Assembly (NCBI GenBank): GCA_002104945.1 | Contig: MCFH01000017.1 | Location: 310,001 to 374,000 of the forward strand | Length of the DNA: 64,000 nucleotides | From: Piromyces finnis finn | Taxonomy: Eukaryota; Fungi; Neocallimastigomycota | Direction: 5' to 3' | In this document: one piece after another, positions 1 through 9,600 of the stretch | Numbering within the stretch: the first letter of the stretch is position 1 | Layout: each line of letters opens with the position of its first letter | The notes under the pieces: generated by a model | Told to the model about the DNA's origin: nothing | The model's database searches: none | Seen by the model: only the letters and a program-made list of their open reading frames with translations | Made by a program: the position numbers and the translations under genes

Positions 1-1030
1 AAGGAAACTCTTTTTTTTTTTTTATATATATTTTTGTATCTATATAAATATTTTAAATACTATAATAAACAAATAAAATGATAAAATATGTAAAACAAAA
101 ATATTAAGAAATAGTGTAGAATTAAAAATGGTTTTTTTTTTACTATAATACTTTACAAAATTTATATAATTATGTTTCATAGTATTAGATAAAATAAAAA
201 GTTTATTCCTTCATCAACAAAAGTACCATTTTCTTTTTTTTTTTTCTTCTCTCTAAACCCTTTAAAGTTTTAACAATTTAACTAAATAACTTTCTTCTTT
301 CCCTAAACAATCCTTTTACTTTTTAATTACTTTAAAATTTTAATTCTTTCATTCCATCTGAAAATTAAACTATTTGAAAACTTTTATTTATTATTTTTTT
401 TACATTTCTTTTTTCTGTATTTTTTTACTTTTTCCAACCTCCGTTTTCCTTTTTTTTTTTTTTAATGTAATACAATTTTCCAAATATAGAAATAAAACGT
501 ATTACAAAGATCTCTTATCATGGTAAATTCTATTTTTTCAAAATTTTAAAAACAAACCATTCTTTAAATTTATTATTTTTTAAAGTTTAATCATTTTTGA
601 TTCATTACATAGAAAATAAATTAAAATTCTTATTTATTTTAATTAAAAAAAAAAACAATATAATAGCCATATAATTTATTATATGAATTATATATTAATT
701 AGTATTATCCTTTAAAAAATTTTTTTATTAAAGTTGCACAAATTATTGGAATGATAATAAAAATAGAAAAATGGAAAATGTAGCTGAATAGAGATGAATG
801 TAGCTGAATAGTGTTGTTAAAAGATGAAATATAGTAGTAAATAAGGTAATAAAAAAGGTGTTATAATTTAAATAGTTATCAAAGATTGAATATCTAGCAT
901 CATTACATTTTAATTATTTTCTTTTTGTATTCAATAATTAACAAAATATAAAAGAAAATGTATAAAAATAAAAAATAAAAAATATTATAGAAGACATTTA
1001 GGTTACACAAGATTATTTTTAGTATTATAG

Positions 1031-1135
1031 AATAATTTTAATACAAACATGTAAGAATTTTTTAGATTAAAAAATTCTCACATGTAATACTGTTATGAAA
1101 TAATTTTAATACAAACATGTAAGAATTTTTTAGAT
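1031..1135. repeat. Direct duplication of ~37 bp (aataattttaatacaaacatgtaagaattttttagat), copies ~68 bp apart
   Basis: Two near-identical copies at ~1031-1067 and ~1099-1135. Confidence 0.7.
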
Positions 1136-1679
1136 ATTTTATTATAATATGATTAGTTGTAAAGAATTTTATAATTTTAAAAGAAAATGATTTTTAAAAG
1201 TTAATTTCTTTTTTAATATAATTTATTTAAGAATATAAAATATTTATTATATAATAAATAGAATATTCTATAAATTGAAATCTAAATAATTCATTAATTA
1301 TTTTAATTATTTTAAAATTAATAATATTATTCTCCAATATAATAATATAACATATACTTTTCTTTATAACTTATAATAAATAACTAAAATAAAATATTTA
1401 AAATGATATTTTAATATTTTTATATTTTTATAAATAATTATTATATAATATCTAAATAATAATTATTCTATTTTTATTAATGCATTAGTCATTTATATAT
1501 TTATATATTAAAATATTAATATCATATTTATTTTAATATTATATTTTTTATAGAATTAAATATTATTATAACAAATATTTCATTAGAAATAATACATACA
1601 TCATACAAAATAAAATAAAATATTAAATATAAACTACAATATATTTAATTAATTAAGCTAAACTTTTTTATTATTTTAA

Positions 1680-1736
1680 TAATTTTAATTAAAATAATAA
1701 TAAAGTTTAAAAATATTTGATGCCGTTAAAAAAAAA
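1680..1736 (+). mobile_element. Severely 5'-truncated copy of the LINE 3' terminus with short poly(A)
   Basis: taattttaattaaaataataataaagtttaaaaatatttgatgccgtt followed by A9 matches the LINE's last ~47 nt before its poly(A) (11375-11421) almost exactly. No clear TSD found. Confidence 0.7.
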
Positions 1737-1740
1737 CTAG

Positions 1741-1890
1741 AATTTATACTGTATCTTACATTTTTTGCCAGAAATTTCTGCTTGCTTTAATTTTTGTCTG
1801 GCTGAAATTTTACCAGAGGTCAAATTTCCTCTGGCTAGAAATTCTGGCTAAATCCTTCCAAAATCTAAGATAAAGTAGTATACAAAATTT
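1741..1890. repeat. Small imperfect palindromic (MITE-like) element
   Basis: Outer imperfect inverted repeats: tatactgtatcttacatttt vs aaaatctaagataaagtagtata, and gccagaaattt vs aaattctggc. Inner hairpin ccagagg-N8-cctctgg at 1813-1834. More GC-rich than its flanks. Confidence 0.4.
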
Positions 1891-2000
1891 AAATATAATT
1901 TGAAAATTATACATTACATTTTCTAATAAAGAAGATAATTACATGTAAGGAGGGAGAAATAAAAAAAGAGAGATATTCTTTTGCTCCGTTTTGCTTTGCA

Positions 2001-2035
<35 letters not shown>

Positions 2036-3492
2036 GGTATAAAAGAGTAAATACATTAGTGTGTATAAAGGAAAAAATTCGCATATCCTCTTCTTTATAA
2101 TTCTAATATTATTTTATCTTTACAAACTATAGAAAATAAGGGCAAAAAAGATTATAAAAAATTAAACAAATTAACACAAAAGTTTGAAAAAAAAAAGTTT
2201 TTTTTTGATCCTTTTACCTAGTACTAATAAAAAAAGATTAAAGTAAAAGGAAATGATTGTCTTCAATCCTCATCTTTTCATTATTTTCCCTTTTCCATTT
2301 TCCATTTTCCTTTTTTTTTTAATATTAAAATATTTGTTTCAGTTATTTCCATTTCCATTTTTTAATTTATTTTCTTTTTGACGTTTCAAAAATTTTTATT
2401 TTAAATTCAGAAAATAAATTAAATTAATTTAAAAATTGAGAAAAACTTAAACTTTAATTATATTTAAATTAATTAATTTATAAAGTAACATTGTTATTTT
2501 TAATAAATAAAGTTATAATACAATATATTAGAAAAATATAATATATACATATTAGAGTATGTTGCATCAATTATTTTAAACTTTATTTGTTTCATTTTGA
2601 AAAAATGTTACAATAAAAATGTTACAAAATTACTAAAAGATTGGCAATGATAAAAGAATAATAAAAGAATAAAAGAATAATAAAATCAATAATAATAGTA
2701 ATAATTGACAATAATAATACTATTTCCATTAATAATGCTTTATTTAATAATTTAAAAGAATGTTTAAAATAATATATTTTTTCTTTTAAAACTATCTATT
2801 ACAAACTTTAAAAAAAATTGTTTGAGATTTTTTATTAAATTGTACACAAATATATTTAATAAATTTTTTTAGTTTTTTATTCGTTAATTCTATTTATAAA
2901 ATAAATTATAAATTATAAATTATAGATATTATCATTATCATTTTCTGCTTTTTTTTATTTTTTTTTTTTACAAATATTCCAATATTCTCTAAGTAAATGG
3001 ACTTTTAAAATATTCTTTTTTTTAAAAATCTTCTTTTCATACAAGAGTTAACATTTTTTTCTTTAATAAAAAGTTTTAATATTTTTTTTGTTAAGTAAAT
3101 TTTTTATAAATTAAAATTTGTATTTATGTATTAATGGACAATTAAGTCGTGTAACATTAATTTAAAATTAATATTTAATTTTTTTATGTTTCAGTTTTAA
3201 TAAAGAATAATATTTAATAGAGTTACACAATAAAAATTAATAAAAGAATTATATATAAAAAGAAAAAAGGTATTTCTTTTTTTTTTTCAATCAATAAAAA
3301 ATAATAAAAAAAAAAAGGTTTTTTTATTAAAATAATTTAATAAAAAACAGTAATAATAATAATAAAAAATAATCAGTAATTATTGAATAAGGTATAATCA
3401 ATTATTATTTGATTATATTATATAAAAATTAGATATTTAATAATAATTTAAGAATTTAGAATCAAAGTAAAAATAAAAAAAAGAAAATAAAA

Positions 3493-5163
3493 ATGAAATT
3501 CAATAAAGTTTTATTAGCTTGTGTTGCTGCATTAGCTTTTAGTGAAGGCGCTAGCGCTCAAACTAAAACTCTTCCATCCAGCAAGACTCTTCCAACTACC
3601 AACCGTATCCTTGCACTTCCTTCTAGTACTAAACCACTTTCTTCTTCCAAGACTCTTTCAACCTTCACCAAGGTTCTTCCAGTTTCCAGCACTGTTGCTT
3701 CTAAGACTCTTCCAGTCTCCAGCAAGACTCTTCCAGTTTCTAGCACTGTTGCTTCCAAGACTCTTCCAGTCTCCAGCAAGACTCTTCCAGTTTCCAGCAC
3801 TGTTGCTTCCAAGACTCTTCCAGTCTCCAGCAAGACTCTCCCAGTTTCTAGCACTGTTGCTTCCAAGACTCTTCCAGTTTCTAGCAAGACTCTCCCAGTT
3901 TCTAGCACTGTTGCTTCCAAGACTCTTCCAGTTTCTAGCAAGACTCTCCCAGTTTCTAGCACTGTTGCTTCCAAGACTCTTCCAGTTTCTAGCAAGACTC
4001 TTCCAGTCTCCAGCAAGACTCTCCCAGTTTCTAGCAAGACTCTTCCAGTCTCCAGCAAGACTCTCCCAGTTTCTAGCACTGTTGCTTCCAAGACTCTTCC
4101 AGTTTCTAGCAAGACTCTTCCAGTCTCCAGCAAGACTCTTCCAGTCTCCAGCAAGACTCTCCCAGTTTCTAGCACTGTTGCTTCCAAGACTCTTCCAGTT
4201 TCTAGCAAGACTCTTCCAGTCTCCAGCAAGACTCTTCCAGTCTCCAGCAAGACTCTCCCAGTTTCTAGCACTGTTGCTTCCAAGACTCTTCCAGTTTCTA
4301 GCAAGACTCTTCCAGTCTCCAGCAAGACTCTCCCAGTTTCTAGCACTGTTGCTTCCAAGACTCTTCCAGTTTCTAGCAAGACTCTTCCAGTCTCCAGCAA
4401 GACTCTTCCAGTTTCTAGCACTGTTGCTTCCAAGACTCTTCCAGTTTCTAGCAAGACTCTTCCAGTTTCTAGCAAGACTCTCCCAGTCTCCAGCAAGACT
4501 CTCCCAGTCTCCAGCAAGACTCTCCCAGTCTCCAGCAAGACTCTCCCAGTCTCCAGCAAGACTCTCCCAGTCTCCAGCAAGACTCTCCCAGTCTCCAGCA
4601 AGACTCTCCCAGTCTCCAGCAAGACTCTCCCAGTCTCCAGCAAGACTCTCCCAGTCTCCAGCAAGACTCTCCCAGTCTCCAGCAAGACTCTCCCAGTCTC
4701 CAGCAAGACTCTCCCAGTCTCCAGCAAGACTCTTCCAGTCTCCAGCAAGACTCTTCCAGTCTCCAGCAAGACTCTTCCAGTCTCCAGCAAGACTCTTCCA
4801 GTCTCCAGCAAGACTCTTCCAGTCTCCAGCAAGACTCTTCCAGTCTCCAGCAAGACTCTTCCAGTCTCCAGCAAGACTCTTCCAGTCTCCAGCAAGACTC
4901 TCCCAGTCTCCAGCAAGACTCTCCCAACATCCACCAGAACTACCACTAAGACCATTGTTACTAGAACTACTACTATCTATGCTCCACAACCAACTAATAA
5001 TAATGGTTCCAATTGTGCCAGTGATGACTGGAGTTGTAAGCAACAAGCTTCTGACAAGTGTTATGCTGAATTAAATGCTTGTTGGTCTAAGCCATGGGAT
5101 CCATCTTTAATTCAAGAATGTGGTGCCATTAACGAAAGATGTTCAAAGATCTGGTCTAATTAA
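3493..5163 (+). CDS. Secreted Ser/Thr-rich tandem-repeat (SKTLPVS) mucin-like protein with C-terminal six-cysteine module
   Basis: 556-aa intronless ORF. Signal peptide MKFNKVLLACVAALAFSEGASA, ~50 SKTLP(VS) units, Thr-rich linker, then CASDDWSC...CYAELNACW...ECGAINERCSKIW. Codon usage resembles highly expressed genes and the stop is followed by an AT-rich UTR. Confidence 0.9.
   Translation: MKFNKVLLACVAALAFSEGASAQTKTLPSSKTLPTTNRILALPSSTKPLSSSKTLSTFTKVLPVSSTVASKTLPVSSKTLPVSSTVASKTLPVSSKTLPVSSTVASKTLPVSSKTLPVSSTVASKTLPVSSKTLPVSSTVASKTLPVSSKTLPVSSTVASKTLPVSSKTLPVSSKTLPVSSKTLPVSSKTLPVSSTVASKTLPVSSKTLPVSSKTLPVSSKTLPVSSTVASKTLPVSSKTLPVSSKTLPVSSKTLPVSSTVASKTLPVSSKTLPVSSKTLPVSSTVASKTLPVSSKTLPVSSKTLPVSSTVASKTLPVSSKTLPVSSKTLPVSSKTLPVSSKTLPVSSKTLPVSSKTLPVSSKTLPVSSKTLPVSSKTLPVSSKTLPVSSKTLPVSSKTLPVSSKTLPVSSKTLPVSSKTLPVSSKTLPVSSKTLPVSSKTLPVSSKTLPVSSKTLPVSSKTLPVSSKTLPVSSKTLPTSTRTTTKTIVTRTTTIYAPQPTNNNGSNCASDDWSCKQQASDKCYAELNACWSKPWDPSLIQECGAINERCSKIWSN
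3690..4926 (+). repeat. Coding minisatellite: 21-bp unit (tccagcaagactct[ct]ccagt[ct]) interspersed with a 33-bp variant (VSSTVASKTLP)
   Basis: Directly visible. The 5' part mixes 21- and 33-bp units; ~4450-4926 is pure 21-mers in homogenised blocks (ctc-type then ctt-type Leu codon). Confidence 0.95.
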
Positions 5164-5738
5164 TTTATTTAAAATCATAAAATAATTAATTATTATTCAA
5201 TAAAATCATTATTTATTATAGTATTTAATTTAAAAATAATTTTAAAAATTAAAATATAAATAATACACTTGAATAATTTTTCCCCTTTATCTTCGTTAAA
5301 GAAATACTTAAAAATATTATTTAACAACATAATTTAAAATAAAAGACGAAAAAATTAATGTTTATAAATATGCATCAATATCATATATAATAAAAATATC
5401 TATAAAATAAAGTAAAATAATTGAATCATTATATCATAAATGTAAAACTATAATAATGTTGATAAATTCATTATTTTTATTTTACGTAATTAAAAGCAAT
5501 AAATATATAATATAATAAAACTCTTGTACTTTTAAATTAATTGGTACTATTAACAATAAAATGTGTGTGTGTGTGTACTTTTATTCTTTTGATAAATAAG
5601 GAAGATATATAAAATATATAAATATACTTATTTTGTTGTGATTGTTTATGTTGATTTAGTAAAGAGATGGTTTACTTCCTTCAATATTAAGAACTAATCA
5701 ATTTAAATTACTTTATGAGAATTAATCTCATTTCTAAC

Positions 5739-5751
5739 AATGGTTCATATA
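5739..5751 (+). repeat. Left target-site duplication (aatggttcatata)
   Basis: Identical 13-mer at 11452-11464, immediately after the poly(A). Confidence 0.9.
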
Positions 5752-5998
5752 CCCTCTTGGGAACGTGCCTTCATTTATTTAATAAATGTAGTTTCTCAAG
5801 GGGGTCTACTCATGCTCATGGTACTGAGAGAGTAGAAAGAATTAAATCCAAGTATTGCGCAATGGATGCTTGGTGCCCTCTTAGGAATGTGCCTTCATTT
5901 ATTTAATAAATGTAATTTCTCAAGGGGGTCTACTCATGCTCATGGTACTGAGAGAGTAGAAAGAATTAAATCCAAGCATTGCGCAATGGATGCTTGGT
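5752..5998 (+). repeat. Two tandem 124-bp monomers at the LINE 5' terminus, each made of three hairpins
   Basis: Unit starts ccctc at 5752 and 5876. Stems in copy 1: accctcttgggaa/ttctcaagggggt (5751-5805, enclosing catttatt-t-aataaatg), ctactc/gagtag (5806-5835, enclosing ctca/tgag), ccaagtat/atgcttgg (5848-5873). Confidence 0.9.
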
Positions 5999-6641
5999 TA
6001 GTCTTCAAGGGAAAATTATTAGGACTAAGCTCATGGTACTGAGCGATTAAAAAACATTTTATTCATCAAATTTAAGTATTTGATGAATAAGTGAATGTTT
6101 GATTTTTCAGGTAAGTTTGTATAGTATTTAATTAGAAGAGTAATACATTTTGTTGCTGTATTTTTTCTTTTATTCATGTATTCATGTAGTACTACTCTTC
6201 TCTTGTAAGAATCCAATGTAGTCAACTTTAGCATTTGCATTGTACTTTTATATTCATGTAGCTATTGTTGTATTGTTTCTTGTAAGAGACTGATTCACTC
6301 TACATCATGTAAAAATACTATTCACAAGCTTTCTGGTGTCGACATTCTTGATTCAAATTTTTTACCAATTTAAATATTTAATGAAAAGTAAAGTCAAACA
6401 AGTTTAGTGTCAAAAAGCGAATCGAATTTACTAACAACAAACCAAAACTAGAATTTTTAAAGAAAATTTACAACTAGAATTCAAAAAAAGAAACTTTAAA
6501 CAAAGCATCGTAACAATTTTTGTACTATCCAGTACTTTTAAGAAGAGAGAGAGAGACAGATTTTTTTCCATATACGTTATATTTGTAATTTTTATTAGTA
6601 TTTATTTTATATTCAATATTTTTTAATTAGAATTTATTATC

Positions 6642-9600
6642 ATGTCAGTCCTTTATATTAAAGATAAGAATTATATCAGACGTGGTACCCGGTCTTATGG
6701 TATCCCCTTAGATGATATTCGCTCCTTCTTTATCCGTGGTATTCGATCATGGTCAGTAAATATGCTATGGGAAAAACTCGAGGTTATTCTAGAAGATAAA
6801 TTTAATTCAGTTATTAGTGTTAAATATTTTCAGACTTTCAATGATCACTTTTTCTTAGTCAAGGTTCATGGTTCATCAAAAGATTGTATTAAAATCTTAC
6901 ACATGTTAAAGAAGAAACTTTCAGTTACCTCAATTTCCTTTTCAGCTCGTAGTAGAAGGAATCACAAATACACTTTTTCCACTCTCAAACGTAAAATTTT
7001 AGTTTCTAATAAACATCAACATTCTATTCAACAATCATTTCAACAATCAGTTCAACAATCAGTTCAACAATCTCATCAACAATCCGATCTTCAACAAGAT
7101 CTTCAACAGGATCTTCAACAAGTTTCCCATCATGAAAATATTCCAGATCTACAGCAAACACAATTTCAATCTCAACATTCAACAATTAATTCTAATAGTT
7201 CTATCAACTCTGATAACAGTTCAATAGTTGATAGTTCTTCAGTTTCACAGCCATCTAGTAATAGTTCTACTTATTCCTCTGATGCATCATCCATTAATAA
7301 CGATGACTTTAATAATAATAATAATAGCAACGATTCTTCCTCATCCAACAAGCCTGATAACTTTTCTTTTTGTCTTAGTTGGAACACCAATGGGTGGAAT
7401 CATGAAAAGAGAGATAGTATTAGCTATTTCACAGCTATTTTCAAACCATTATTCTTATGTTTCCAAGAAACTGGTAATGGTTCTGGATCGAATACAGATT
7501 ATCCTTGTCGTGTTACTTTGCGAAACTATAGACACTTTTTCAAGAAAGCTGACGAATCAGTTCCGGGAATGAGAGGTTTATATTTAGGTTTTCACAATTC
7601 GTGTCAAGCCTCACTTGAAAACTTCTCTGGAAAGTATATTATTTCTATTTATACTTTTAGTCTCTGGAATAGATTCAAATGCTCGATTGGAAATGTTTAT
7701 ATGCCTCATAGTCATCACAACATCTATGTTGATCATGCAAAGTTAGAAGTTCGCTTGTGGTTACAAACTCATTCATCCCATCCATCGATTCTTGTTGGTG
7801 ATTTTAATATGTCTAAAGTAAAATTATCCAACTGGTTATCAACTAATGGATTAGGAGATTGGGAAATTCTTCCGCTTAGAGGGTCTACTATCTCTTGGAC
7901 TCGAGGTGATCAATCTTCCGACATTGACCATGCTCTTATCAATTCGAAGATGAAAGATCTTATTCACTCAGGATCATTTATAAATAATTTTTATCCTGTA
8001 TCAGACCATAAGCCACTTCTTATTAATGGTAAAATTATTCCTATGGAAGATTTTTCTAATGACTTTAATGTTCCTAAGAAAATTCTGAAATGGAATAGAT
8101 TAAAATGTATTGAGGAAAAGGAATCTATTCTCAGTCATAATAAATTCCAAATACTTTCAGCAAAATTCAACGATCCTAATGTTTCTACAGATGAACTTTC
8201 CAAAGAGTTTACTTCAACTGCTTTTTCAATTGCAGACGAGCTCAGTATTACCTCAGCAAATAATGTTATAAAGTCTTCATTTCATATTTCACAACAAATT
8301 TTTAATCTTCAAAAAATCAAAATGAAGTTGTATAAGAGATTTAAAAAAGAAAGAATTTATGATATAGATGAATTTATTAAAAGAATTAAAATCTACCGTA
8401 AACTCATTGATTACATCCACAAAAGATGTAATGAATTTAGGAAGCAAGAATATCTTCATTGGATTAAAACAGGATGTGAGTATATGAAGAGTCATAATCC
8501 TAAGAAGGCCTGGAAATGGATCAAGAAAACTGCAAAAATTGGAAAAGATTCTTTCTTTATTGCTCAACCAATTAAAAACAAAAATGGAGAATTAGTTGTT
8601 GCTACGGAAGAACAACTAGATGTGTGGCATGATCATTTCGAAAAGCTTGCATCAGATCCAAGTGGTGTAAGTCTTGATTTGGAGCATTGGTATGAAGAAC
8701 CAACGAATAAACGTTTTTCACTCCCTATGCTTGATGAATGGGATATCAACCAAGATATTAGTATTGATGAAGTCAAGTCAGCTATCCTCTCTACTCCGAA
8801 TTATAAAGCATCAGGTCCGGATGGTATTCCAATTGAATTTTACAAAGCATTAATTCCATCAAGTAATGATTCTAATAATGCTACAGATAATAATTCTTCC
8901 GGTAATACCACTTCAGATAATGATGCTTATGGTTTAAATTTTATTCTTAAATTATTCAACCGTATTTGGGATGGAGACTTCCCCAACTCATGGAATGAAT
9001 CCAGTATTGTTTCTATTCCTAAGAAGGGAGATTTGACAGATTGTGATAACTATCGAGGTATATCACTTATCAATAATGGTATTAAGTTGATTTCCAAAAT
9101 TGTCACCACTAGAATCTCAGAATATGGTTTAAAGAATAATTTCATTAGACCTGAACAATTTGGTTTTCGAAAAAAGGAAGAAAGTATTAGTCTTTTCATT
9201 TCAATCCAAGAAATATGCCGTAGACGTCAATTAGATAATAAAGAGACATATTTGGCCTTTTTAGATCTCAGGAAAGCATACGATTCAGTCCCAATCGGTA
9301 ATATTCTCCATAAATTAGATTGTTTAGGAATCCGAGGTAAGAGTTTACAATTTATCAAAAATTTATATTTAACATCTAAGGCTAATGTCAAATTAGATGG
9401 ACAATTCTCGAAATCTTTTGATGTGAAGAAAGGAGTCCGTCAAGGATGCCCTCTTTCTCCTATTCTCTTTAATCTCTTTATTAATGATATATTTAAAGAG
9501 TGTGAAGATCTCGGAGTCAGTTTAGGTGACACTCGATGCTGTGGTGGACTTTTTGCAGATGATATAGTTATTTGTGCTCCAACAAGAGGATGCTTAAAAA

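Noticed and set aside
3542-5074. Overlapping long ORFs on both strands (3542-5074 +, 3558-4955 -, 3658-5046 -, 4469-4930 -)
   Set aside because: Shadows of the stop-free 21-bp repeat. Only the 3493 frame has a signal peptide, a non-repetitive Cys domain and a proper context.
5752-5998. CRISPR array or classical hammerhead/HDV ribozyme
   Set aside because: No unique spacers between repeats and no cas genes. No CUGANGA/GAAA core on either strand, and no convincing HDV P1/P3/L3 fit by eye. Kept only as an unassigned structured repeat.
5715-6240. Short ORFs 5715-5906 (+) and 6031-6240 (-)
   Set aside because: They cross the TSD or lie in the LINE 5' UTR, with no recognisable protein features.
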